A stretch of 64,000 bases of DNA. It comes from Candidatus Binatia bacterium (GTDB lineage Bacteria; Desulfobacterota; Binatia; UBA9968; JAJDTQ01). A model generated the notes under the pieces. That model saw only the letters and a list, made by a program, of their open reading frames with translations, had not been told where the DNA came from and did no database searches. The stretch spans positions 4,256,001-4,320,000 of the forward strand of contig OY762897.2 of assembly GCA_963666515.2 (NCBI GenBank). Reading direction: 5' to 3'. Shown here piece by piece: positions 8,993 to 17,549 of the stretch (its first letter is position 1; every line of letters starts with the position of its first letter). Position numbers and translations under genes: made by a program.

Positions 8993-10027
8993 ATGATCAG
9001 TCGATTTCTCCGTGTAGTCATGGTTTCGGCGCTTGTCCTTGCGTTGGTCCCGTCTCTCGCCGCGGGTGCGGATGACTTCTTCAAGGGCAAGACCATCCGT
9101 TTCGTGGTAGGGTTCTCGCCAGGCGGCGGTTTCGACACCTACACCCGGTTCATCGCCCGCCATTTCGGCAAGCACGTGCCCGGCAACCCCCGGACGGTGG
9201 TTCAGAACCGCACCGGTGCCGGCAGCATGATCGCCGCCAACTACATCTACAACAGGGCCAAACCCGACGGCCTGACCGTCGGCAACTGGATCGGCCCCCT
9301 GGTGCTGCAGCACGTTCTCGGCAAGAAGGGGGTCAAGTTCGACGGCCGCAAGTTCAACTGGCTCGGCGTGCCGTCCACCGACGACAACACCTGCGCGCTC
9401 ACCAAGGCCAGCGGCATCAACAACGTCAAGGACTGGCTGAACTCCAAGCGACCGATCAAGATCGGCGCTACCGGTCCGGGCTCGACCACCGATGACGTGC
9501 CCAAGCTGATCAAGGCCGCGACCGACCTGCCGATGCAGATCATCGAGGGCTACGGCGGCACCGCGATCATACGCGTGGCCGCGGAGAAGGGCGAGATCGA
9601 CGGCGGCTGCTGGGCATGGCAGTCCATCAAGCCGACCTGGCGGCAGGGCATCGAGAGCGGCAACGTCAAGCCCGTGCTCCAGGTGGGTCCCGCCAAGCAC
9701 GCGGACCTGAAGGACGTGGGCGTGGCCTTCGACCTGGTCAAGGACGAGACCGGCAAGAAGCTCCTGGGGGTGGCCGCCGACGTCTACCGTGGCCTGTCGC
9801 GCCCTTACAGCTTGCCGCCCGGAACGCCTGCGGACCGGGTAAAGACTCTTCAGAAGGCGTTCATGGCTACCTTGAACGATCCCGAGCTGAAGGCCGAGGC
9901 CAAAAAGGCGAAGCTGGAGTTGAACCCGAACGACGGCAACTGGGTCGCCAAGAAGATGAGCGGGCTCTACAGCATGGATGACGCGACGCTGTCCCTGTTG
10001 AAGGAAGTCCTGTTGCCGAAGAAGTAG
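8993..10027 (+). CDS. Tripartite tricarboxylate transporter substrate-binding protein (Bug/TctC)
   Basis: Signal peptide; VGFSPGGGFDTYTR, NRTGAG, AKPDGLT, PPGTP; AGGAGG RBS. Confidence 0.9.
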   Translation: MISRFLRVVMVSALVLALVPSLAAGADDFFKGKTIRFVVGFSPGGGFDTYTRFIARHFGKHVPGNPRTVVQNRTGAGSMIAANYIYNRAKPDGLTVGNWIGPLVLQHVLGKKGVKFDGRKFNWLGVPSTDDNTCALTKASGINNVKDWLNSKRPIKIGATGPGSTTDDVPKLIKAATDLPMQIIEGYGGTAIIRVAAEKGEIDGGCWAWQSIKPTWRQGIESGNVKPVLQVGPAKHADLKDVGVAFDLVKDETGKKLLGVAADVYRGLSRPYSLPPGTPADRVKTLQKAFMATLNDPELKAEAKKAKLELNPNDGNWVAKKMSGLYSMDDATLSLLKEVLLPKK

Positions 10028-10053
10028 TTACTTACGCATAAAAGTTACGCGTC

Positions 10054-12078
10054 ATGGGCGAAATGGTTCAGGCCTTCGGGGCCGGTCTCGCACAGGTTTT
10101 CACGGCGACCACCTTTACGCTCATGATGCTGGGCATCGTGATCGGCTTCGCCGTGGGCATCCTGCCCGGACTGGGCGGGCCGGTCACGTTGGCGCTGATG
10201 CTGCCGTTCATCTTCAAGATGGAGGCAGTGGAGGCGTTCGCCTTCCTCCTGGGCATGTCCGCGGTCACGGCCACCACCGGGGACATCACGTCCATCCTGT
10301 TCGGCATTCCGGGAGAAGCCATTACCGCGTCCACCATCGTGGACGGCCACCCCATGGCCAAGAAGGGGGAGGCCGGGCGCGCTCTGGGCGCCTCGCTCAT
10401 GAGCTCGCTGGTGGGGGCGGTCTTCGGCGCCTTCGCCCTGGCCTTGGCCATCCCCATCGTCCGTCCCCTGGTGCTGGCCATCGGCTCGCCGGAATTCTTC
10501 ATGCTGGCGCTCCTTGGGGTCACCTTCCTGGCTGCATTGAGCGGTGAGGCCGTCATACGAGGCCTCACCGCCGCCGCCGTCGGGCTCATGCTTGCCACCG
10601 TCGGACTCGATCCGATCTCCGGCATCGAGAGGTTCACCTTCGACAACCTCTATCTATGGGACGGCATCAACCTGGTCCCGGTGACTCTCGGCCTGTTCGC
10701 CATCCCCGAGGTCATCGATCTGTCGGTCAAGGGTTCGAGCATCGCAGAGGAGAAAATCGAGAAGTTGGGCGGCGTGATGGAGGGCGTCAAGGATACCTTT
10801 CGTCACTACGCCCTGGTGCTGCGCTGCAGCGCCATCGGCACCTACATCGGCATCATTCCCGGCATGGGCGGAGCCGTCTCCCAGTGGGTCGCCTACGCCC
10901 ACGCGGTGCAAAGCTCGCCCGACAAGGAGCGCTTCGGCAAGGGGGCGGTGGAAGGCGTGCTGGGCCCGGGCGCGGCCAACAACTCGAACCTCGGCGGCGC
11001 GCTGGTGCCCACCATTGCCTTCGGTGTGCCGGGCAGCGTCACCATGGCCATCCTGCTGGGGGCGTTCATCATCCAGGGTCTCGTGCCGGGACCGCCGATG
11101 CTGGAGCCGGCCAGCCGGGGAGGCAACCTCGAACTTACGTTCTCGTTCGTGTGGATCGTGGTGGTCTCGAACATCATCACCGTCTCCATCTGCTTCATCT
11201 TCCTCAAGCAGCTTGCGCGCATCACCGAGGTGCGGGGCAGCCTGGTGCTGCCGTTCCTGCTGGTGCTCATCTACCTGGGCGGCTTCGCCCAGAACAACGC
11301 CTTCGAGGACCTCATCGTGGTGCTGGCCTTCGGGCTCCTGGGCTGGGTCATGGTGCAGCTCGACTGGCCGCGGCCGCCGCTGCTGCTGGGTCTGGTGCTG
11401 GGCTCGCTGGCGGAGAAGAACCTCTTCCTCGCCACCGACAACTACGGCTGGGTGTGGGTGGGCTTTCCCGGTGTCCTGATCATCGGAGCGATCATCCTGG
11501 CGGGCATCCTCTATCCGGTCTACCAGCGGCGTCGCGATGACAAAAGGAAGGCCGCCGGAGCCCCGCCCGCGGCCGTCCCCGTACCGGAGGCGGAGGCAGC
11601 CGAGGGCCCCAAGACCCTCAGCGCCTGGCATATCGTCTTCACGGCCGTGCTGCTGGCGGGTTTCACATGGGGCGTATGGGAGGCGAGGGACTGGGGCTTC
11701 CGCGCCAGCCTGTTCCCCTGGGTCATCGGCTTTCCCGGCATCGTGCTTGCCCTGGCCCAGCTCGAGATCGACGCCGTCGGCTTTCTGAAGCAGCGCAGGG
11801 CGGCGGCGCCGTCCGTGGGCCTGAACCCGGTGGTGGTAAGGCGGACATTGGCCATCGTGGGGTGGATCCTCGGCTTTTTCGTCTCCATCTGGCTCCTGGG
11901 CTTCTCCATCACGGTCCCGCTTTGCACCTTCCTCTTCCTCAAGGTGGGGGCTGCGGAGAATTGGTTCATCAGCGTCCTGCTGACGCTGTTGGCGTGGGTG
12001 GGATTCTATTTCGTCTTCGTCTACTCGCTGAGCCTGCCGTTCCCGCCCGGAACGCTCGTCGAGATGTTCACGGGATAG
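10054..12078 (+). CDS. tctA: TctA permease with C-terminal TctB-like fusion
   Basis: GILPGLG, SILFGIPG, DGHPMAKKG, GIIPGMG, ANN, FGVPG; then an Ala/Pro linker and about four extra TM helices (FP...LLGF...LSLPFPPG) like TctB. Confidence 0.88.
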   Translation: MGEMVQAFGAGLAQVFTATTFTLMMLGIVIGFAVGILPGLGGPVTLALMLPFIFKMEAVEAFAFLLGMSAVTATTGDITSILFGIPGEAITASTIVDGHPMAKKGEAGRALGASLMSSLVGAVFGAFALALAIPIVRPLVLAIGSPEFFMLALLGVTFLAALSGEAVIRGLTAAAVGLMLATVGLDPISGIERFTFDNLYLWDGINLVPVTLGLFAIPEVIDLSVKGSSIAEEKIEKLGGVMEGVKDTFRHYALVLRCSAIGTYIGIIPGMGGAVSQWVAYAHAVQSSPDKERFGKGAVEGVLGPGAANNSNLGGALVPTIAFGVPGSVTMAILLGAFIIQGLVPGPPMLEPASRGGNLELTFSFVWIVVVSNIITVSICFIFLKQLARITEVRGSLVLPFLLVLIYLGGFAQNNAFEDLIVVLAFGLLGWVMVQLDWPRPPLLLGLVLGSLAEKNLFLATDNYGWVWVGFPGVLIIGAIILAGILYPVYQRRRDDKRKAAGAPPAAVPVPEAEAAEGPKTLSAWHIVFTAVLLAGFTWGVWEARDWGFRASLFPWVIGFPGIVLALAQLEIDAVGFLKQRRAAAPSVGLNPVVVRRTLAIVGWILGFFVSIWLLGFSITVPLCTFLFLKVGAAENWFISVLLTLLAWVGFYFVFVYSLSLPFPPGTLVEMFTG

Positions 12079-12126
12079 CAGTCCGCAGCCGGATTCCGCT
12101 CCGGTGAATTCCGGGGCGCACGATGA

Positions 12127-12156
12127 TTGACAGTGGCCGAGGGATGGGACTAGGTT
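12127..12156 (+). promoter_or_regulatory. Putative sigma70 promoter for the LLM monooxygenase
   Basis: TTGACA (12127) - 18 bp - TAGGTT (12151). Confidence 0.45.
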
Positions 12157-12210
12157 AACCGTTCAACTCCGGTGCCCCGTCGCCTGCGCCCGCAAAGGAG
12201 ATCGATCCTG

Positions 12211-13353
12211 ATGAAAGTGTACAACTTCGACCTTTTGGCCTATCCGGAGGTCCCCGAGGACGTTCCCGGAACACCCGTTCCGAGCTCCTATTTCGATCCG
12301 CCTGTGGGCTCGCGCAACTACCGGGAACACCTGGACGAGATGGCCTACTGCGAGGAGCTGGGGTTCGAGGGGGTGGTCTTCAACGAGCACCACTACAGCG
12401 CCTACGGCACCATGCCGTCGCCCAACCTCATCGCCGCGGCCCTGAGCCAGAAGACGAAGCACATCAAGATCGGCGTCCTCGGCAACATCCTGCCGTTGCG
12501 CCAGCATCCCGTGCGCGTGGCCGAAGAGTACGCCATGATCGACTGCCTGTCCGAAGGCCGCCTGATCGCCGGGTTCGTGCGCGGCATTCCCTCGGAGTAC
12601 CTCTGGTACAACGTCAAGCCCCAGGAGTCCCGGGGGCGGTTCGGCGAAGCCTTCGACGTCATCATGAGAGCCTGGACCGAGCCGGTGTGGAGCTACGAGG
12701 GCGAGTTCTTCCAGTTCGAGAACTGCGCCATCTGGCCGCGGCCGGTGCAGCAGCCGCACCCGCCCATCTGGGTGGCCGCGCGCAGCGCCGAGTCCATCGA
12801 GTGGTGCGTCAAGCGCAAGGTCCCCATCGCGCAGGTGTACCAGACCACCGACCAGATCGAGGACACGTTCAACTACTACCGCAAGGTGGCCGGCGACGAC
12901 GGTTGGGAGAGCGGACCCGACAAGTTCGTGCTCTGCCGTCATATCTACGTGGGCGAGACCGACGAGAAGGCCCGCGCCGAGGCCGAGCCGCCGTTGAGGT
13001 ATTTTTTCACGTTGTGGAACCGCGGCTTCAACGAGGCCAAGACGGAGATTGCCGCGGACCAGCAGAAGGTCAAGGCAGCCATGGTCAGCGCCAGGTCCGC
13101 CAGCTACTTCCGCCCCGGCAACGAGGAACGGGTCAACTTCCACCCCATGAGCTGGAAGCAACTCATCGACAGCGGGTTCGTCATCGCCGGCAGCCCGGAC
13201 ACGGTGGCGCGGCAGGTCAACCAGCAGATGAGCCAGATCGGCGCCGACCACTTCATGGGCATGTTCCACATCGGCAACCTCGCCCACGACAAGGTTATCG
13301 ATTCCCTGAACCTGTTCCACAAGGAGGTCATGCCGAGGCTGAACGGCGCTTGA
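12211..13353 (+). CDS. LLM class flavin-dependent oxidoreductase (luciferase-like)
   Basis: EELGFEGVVFNEHH, PSPNL, HPVRVAEEYAMID.LSEGRL, PRPVQQPHPPIW, AGSPDTV; AAGGAG RBS. Confidence 0.92.
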   Translation: MKVYNFDLLAYPEVPEDVPGTPVPSSYFDPPVGSRNYREHLDEMAYCEELGFEGVVFNEHHYSAYGTMPSPNLIAAALSQKTKHIKIGVLGNILPLRQHPVRVAEEYAMIDCLSEGRLIAGFVRGIPSEYLWYNVKPQESRGRFGEAFDVIMRAWTEPVWSYEGEFFQFENCAIWPRPVQQPHPPIWVAARSAESIEWCVKRKVPIAQVYQTTDQIEDTFNYYRKVAGDDGWESGPDKFVLCRHIYVGETDEKARAEAEPPLRYFFTLWNRGFNEAKTEIAADQQKVKAAMVSARSASYFRPGNEERVNFHPMSWKQLIDSGFVIAGSPDTVARQVNQQMSQIGADHFMGMFHIGNLAHDKVIDSLNLFHKEVMPRLNGA

Positions 13354-13416
13354 GCCGAAGCAGGCCCGCGCGCGCACTTCACGACCCCGCGCCCTGGTGC
13401 CCGGAGACCGCAAGCC

Positions 13417-14469
13417 GTGGCGATTCTGTCAAAGGGTCTTCTCGCAGCCGCACTGATCGCGGCGCTCCCGCCGTTGTTCTTCGCCACGGATGCCTCGGCC
13501 CAGGCGGGCAACTTCACTTTCGTGGTGGGCGCAGGCGCCGGAAGCGTCTTCGACCGCTACACCCGCACCCTCGCCCGTTACATCGGCCGCCATCTACCGG
13601 ACCGTCCCAAGGTGGCGGTGCGGAACCTGGCCGGCGGCGGCGGCAGCGTTGCCGCCGAATATCTCTACAAGGCCAAGCCCGACGGGCGGACGGTGGGCAA
13701 CTGGGCGGGCGACCTCATTCACAAGCAGATATTCGGCAGAGCGGAAGTGCAGCTCGACACGCGGCGGTTCGGGTGGGTGGGCGCCGTATCGACGCTTCAC
13801 CCCGTCTGCGTCCTCACCAAGGCCAGCGGCATCGGCGATCTGGCCGCCTGGGCCGGCGCCAAGAAGCCCGTCAAGCTCGGAGGCATCGGCAGCGATGAAG
13901 CCGCCTCCAACATGTCGCGGGTGGTCGGCGCCGCCCTGGGCCTGCCGGTCAAGCTCATCGGCGGCTACAAGGGCCCGGTGAACGTGCGTCTCGCCGCCGG
14001 CAACCGGGAAGTGGAAGGCGGTTGCTGGTACTGGCAGGCGGTCAGGAAGGCGTGGCGGAAGATGCTGGCCGCCAGGGAAGCGCAGGTGGTGCTGCAGGCC
14101 ATGGCCAAGCCCCATCCGGACCTGCAATCGGTGCCCAACGCGGTGGATCTGGCCAAGTCCCAGGACGCTCGCACGCTGCTCGTGTACGGCGTCCACGACC
14201 CGGCGAAGCTCGCGCGGGCCTATTCGGTTCCTCCCGGGACTCCCGAGACGCGGGTCACCCTGCTGAGAAAGGCGTTTGCCGACACCGTCGCCGACCCTGC
14301 GTTCGTCGCCGAAGCCAACGGCCAGGGCCTGGAAGTCCGCCCGGTGGACGGCGCCGAGATCGACAAGACGGTGAAGCAACTGTTCGAGTTGGATCCGAAG
14401 CTCATCGTGCAACTCCGCAAGGTGCTCTTTCCCGAGAAGTCCGCGGGCGAAGCGCCGCCACAGAAGTGA
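13417..14469 (+). CDS. Second Bug/TctC-type substrate-binding protein (divergent)
   Basis: Signal peptide; clear paralogue of 8993..10027 (YTR..ARY.G.H, AKPDG.T.GNW, LTKASGI, PPGTP). Confidence 0.85.
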   Translation: MAILSKGLLAAALIAALPPLFFATDASAQAGNFTFVVGAGAGSVFDRYTRTLARYIGRHLPDRPKVAVRNLAGGGGSVAAEYLYKAKPDGRTVGNWAGDLIHKQIFGRAEVQLDTRRFGWVGAVSTLHPVCVLTKASGIGDLAAWAGAKKPVKLGGIGSDEAASNMSRVVGAALGLPVKLIGGYKGPVNVRLAAGNREVEGGCWYWQAVRKAWRKMLAAREAQVVLQAMAKPHPDLQSVPNAVDLAKSQDARTLLVYGVHDPAKLARAYSVPPGTPETRVTLLRKAFADTVADPAFVAEANGQGLEVRPVDGAEIDKTVKQLFELDPKLIVQLRKVLFPEKSAGEAPPQK

Positions 14470-14925
14470 CTACGCCTCCTTCCCGCGGATCAGCCTTTCC
14501 ACCGTGTACTCCATGACCGTCTCGCCGCGCTGGTTGGCCACCACCTGCCGGCAGCGGACGATGCCGGCGTTGCGGGACTTGGTCCGGCGGCTTTCGAGCA
14601 CCTCGATCTCGACCCCGATGGTGTCGCCCACCTTGACCGGCCGGAACAGCCGCATGCCCCGGAGGCCGACGAAAGCCAGCCCCGTGCCGTGGATCATGCC
14701 GGTCTGGGTGGTCAGCCCCTCCGCCATGGCGAAGGTGAGGCTCCCCGGAGCGATGCGCCCGCCGTACTCGGTCTTGTCCCGCATGTACTCGGCGTCCATG
14801 AACAAGGGTTCCGTGAGACCGGCGAGGTTGACGAACTGCACCACGTCGGTCTCCGTGACCGTGCGCCGGGCGGTTCGGTGGACGTCGCCCGGCCGAAACT
14901 CTTCGAAGGTCATCCCGTGTCGCAT
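14470..14925 (-). CDS. MaoC family dehydratase
   Basis: FEEFRPGD, RTVTETD, RIAPG, PVKVGDT, NQRGE. Confidence 0.88.
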   Translation of the reverse strand: MRHGMTFEEFRPGDVHRTARRTVTETDVVQFVNLAGLTEPLFMDAEYMRDKTEYGGRIAPGSLTFAMAEGLTTQTGMIHGTGLAFVGLRGMRLFRPVKVGDTIGVEIEVLESRRTKSRNAGIVRCRQVVANQRGETVMEYTVERLIRGKEA

Positions 14926-14940
14926 GCCTGATTCCCTCGT

Positions 14941-16143
14941 CTAGCCGAGCGTCCCCTTGCGTTGCAGTTCCGCGATAGCGTCGTCGTCCAGTTCCAGCCA
15001 GTCCTTCAGCACTTGCTCGTTGTGCTCGCCCAGGAGCGGAGGCGCGAGGCGGATGGAGGCCGGAGTCTCGGAGAACTTCACCGGCAAGCCGGCCATGCGC
15101 ACTTTGCCCGCGGTGGGATGGTCCACCTCCCGAAGCATCCCGGTCGCCCGCACCTGCGGGGAATCGAACACCTCCCGGATGTTCTGGACCGGGGAGCAGG
15201 GCACCCCGGCGCGGTTCAGGACATCGATCCATTCATGACCGGGGCGCGTTCGGAACATCTCCCCCAGGATTCCCAGGAGCGCGTCCCGGTTCTCCACCCG
15301 GCGCGCGTTGGTCTCGAACCGGGGGTCGGCGGCCAGCTCCGGCCTGCCGACGCCCTCGCAGAACCGCGCCCAGATGGCCTCGTTGGCCACGGCGACCACC
15401 AGGTGGCCGTCCGCGGTCGGGAAGCTCTGGTACGGCACGATGTTGGGGTGCGCGTTGCCCCAGCGGCCGGGAACCTCGCCGGTCACAAGGTAGTTGCTGC
15501 CGGCATTGATCAGGCTGGCGATCTCCGCCTCCATCAGGGAGGTCTCGATCCGTTGCCCCTTGCCGGTCTTTTCCCGGGCGAACAGCGCCGCGGCGATGGC
15601 GTTGCCCAGCATGAGGCCCGCCACGATGTCGATGATGGCCACTCCCACCTTCGACGGTTCCCCGTCCGCCGGGCCGGTGATGCTCATCAGGCCGCCCCAG
15701 GCCTGAATGGCCAGGTCGTAGCCCGGCCGGTTCTTCATGGGCCCGCTCGCGCCAAAGGCCGAAAGCGACGCGTAGACGAGGCGCGGGTTCCGTTGCCGGA
15801 CCTCCGTTTCGGACAGTCCCCAGCCCGCCAGCGTGCCGGGCCGGAAATTCTCCATCAGCACGTCGGCCTCCAACGCGAGACGGCGCAGCAACTCGATGCC
15901 GTCCGGCTTCCTCAGGTCCAGGGTGACGCTCCGCTTGTTGCGGTTGACGCAAAGGAAGTACGCGCTCTCGCCCCCCTGGAAAGGCGGCCCCCAGCTTCGC
16001 GTGTCGTCTCCCCTGCCGGGTTGCTCGATCTTGACCACCTCGGCGCCCAGGTCGCCGAGGAACATGGTGCAATAGGGGCCGGCCAGGACCCGCGACAAGT
16101 CCAGCACGCGGATGCCGTGCAGCGGGCCGTCGGCTGTGCTCAT
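14941..16143 (-). CDS. Class III CoA transferase (CaiB/BaiF)
   Basis: PLHGIRVLDLSRVLAGP, LGAEVVKIE, NRNKRS, ENFRPG, PPLLGEHN. Confidence 0.93.
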   Translation of the reverse strand: MSTADGPLHGIRVLDLSRVLAGPYCTMFLGDLGAEVVKIEQPGRGDDTRSWGPPFQGGESAYFLCVNRNKRSVTLDLRKPDGIELLRRLALEADVLMENFRPGTLAGWGLSETEVRQRNPRLVYASLSAFGASGPMKNRPGYDLAIQAWGGLMSITGPADGEPSKVGVAIIDIVAGLMLGNAIAAALFAREKTGKGQRIETSLMEAEIASLINAGSNYLVTGEVPGRWGNAHPNIVPYQSFPTADGHLVVAVANEAIWARFCEGVGRPELAADPRFETNARRVENRDALLGILGEMFRTRPGHEWIDVLNRAGVPCSPVQNIREVFDSPQVRATGMLREVDHPTAGKVRMAGLPVKFSETPASIRLAPPLLGEHNEQVLKDWLELDDDAIAELQRKGTLG

Positions 16144-16514
16144 TCGAACTCCATGCCTTGCTCGCGCAGGATCTCGTCCAGCGTCTCGGCTCCCAGCCAC
16201 AGCCCGGGCATGCCGCCGGGTATGGCCGACACCTCCACCGCTTCCAGCACCTGGCGCGGCGTGGCGCCGAGCTTGAGCGCCCGCTCGCTGTGGAGGCGCA
16301 CGCCGCGGGGCCGGTTCAAGGCGCAGGTGATGCCCACCATGATCAGCTCCTTGGTCTTCCGTTCGAGGGCGCCCTCGCGCCCGAAGGTCCCGTCCACGAA
16401 CAGCCCGGTCAGGTGCCGGGAGTACTCGGGGTCGAGGTCGGCGATGATGTCGTAGGCCCTGTTCGTGGCCCCCAGCGATACGTCCTCGAAAGCCTTGCGC
16501 GCGTCGTCCGCCAT
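16140..16514 (-). CDS. Carboxymuconolactone decarboxylase (CMD/AhpD-like) family protein
   Basis: LERKTKELI, HSERALKLGAT..QVLEA, GGMP; stop overlaps the CoA transferase start; AAAGGAG RBS. Confidence 0.8.
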   Translation of the reverse strand: MADDARKAFEDVSLGATNRAYDIIADLDPEYSRHLTGLFVDGTFGREGALERKTKELIMVGITCALNRPRGVRLHSERALKLGATPRQVLEAVEVSAIPGGMPGLWLGAETLDEILREQGMEFE

Positions 16515-16646
16515 GTGGAATCTCCTTTCCGGATCGGGCCGATGCGCGTCGGCAACGTGCGCGATCCGTGGTCTCTTGTAGCAGCCTCGCCCGCCTGGGC
16601 AAAGGCCCTTGCTCTCCCGCCACGCAACCGCCGCGCGGCCACGCAA

Positions 16647-16752
16647 CCGTCACCCCGGACTTGATCCGGGGTCCAGCGGACGGGCGGGGGGCAGAAAGAC
16701 TGGCAACCCCCAGCCCCGCCTCCTGGACCCCGGATCAAGTCCGGGGTGACGG
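16647..16752. repeat. REP-like palindromic element (inverted pair of 30-bp self-palindromic units)
   Basis: CCGTCACCCCGGACTTGATCCGGGGTCCAG (16647-16676) and its exact reverse complement (16723-16752). Confidence 0.9.
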
Positions 16753-16786
16753 AGTGCGGGTCTCCCGGACGCCGGAACAAGTCCGA

Positions 16787-16815
16787 TTGACAGCGTGGAA
16801 GCTCATCGTTAGTTT
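16787..16815 (+). promoter_or_regulatory. Putative sigma70 promoter for the ferritin-like gene
   Basis: TTGACA - 17 bp - TAGTTT, followed by GGAGG RBS and ATG 16848. Confidence 0.55.
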
Positions 16816-16847
16816 CATTTCGTATTCAGTTCGGAGGACTTAACACC

Positions 16848-17522
16848 ATGACCGGAAGGGAATTCGTCGAATCGCTGTGGAGCCGGTACCACGACGAACT
16901 GGAGGGGCCCGTCATCGCCATCCGCAAGGCGCTGGCGGAGCTGGATCCGCGGACTCCGGAGTTCGTCGGCCTGATGCAGCGGCAGGCGAAGAAGGAGCTG
17001 GCTCACGGCGTGGCGTTCACCAAGGCGTTGCTGCAATACGGCGAGTTGGAACCTCACGAGCGCGCCCACGTGGCCGAGCAGGCCGCCGACGAGTACAAGC
17101 ACTACGCGCTCATCAAGGACTACCTCGACGGCCGCAGCGCCGCCGACGATATCCCAGCGGATGCCTACGACGGCTACTTCGGGCAATTCCTCACCGGCGA
17201 CGTGCGCGCGTTCCGGCTGTGCAACATCGCCGAGAAGTCCGCGGTGGTGTTCATGCAGCACCTGCGGGACGTGACGCCCGATCCGGTGGTGCGGCGGCTC
17301 GCCAAGGACATCGTGGACGACGAGGAAGGCCACGAGGATATGGTCATGGAGAAGCTCGCCCGCTTCGCCGAGGACCCGGCCAACCGCGAATTTCTGGAGA
17401 ACATGTTCGTCCAGAGTTGGGCCAGCCAGAAGGAAGGCGTGATCCGCGAAGGGCGGGAGTTGGGCGTCGATGTGGACGCAATTCTGCGGGAATTCGGCGC
17501 CCCTGGACGTCGCCCGACCTGA
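16848..17522 (+). CDS. Ferritin-like di-iron protein
   Basis: Canonical E...ExxH...E...ExxH ligand pattern (KKEL, DEYKH, IAEK, DEEGH). Confidence 0.8.
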   Translation: MTGREFVESLWSRYHDELEGPVIAIRKALAELDPRTPEFVGLMQRQAKKELAHGVAFTKALLQYGELEPHERAHVAEQAADEYKHYALIKDYLDGRSAADDIPADAYDGYFGQFLTGDVRAFRLCNIAEKSAVVFMQHLRDVTPDPVVRRLAKDIVDDEEGHEDMVMEKLARFAEDPANREFLENMFVQSWASQKEGVIREGRELGVDVDAILREFGAPGRRPT

Positions 17523-17549
17523 GCGCACTTCCGGCGCCCGACTTCCCGG

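Noticed and set aside
7168-9138. 656-aa ORF suggesting a long N-terminally extended NuoF
   Set aside because: The upstream part overlaps the ferredoxin and Bug genes in other frames; NuoF homology begins at ATG 8400.
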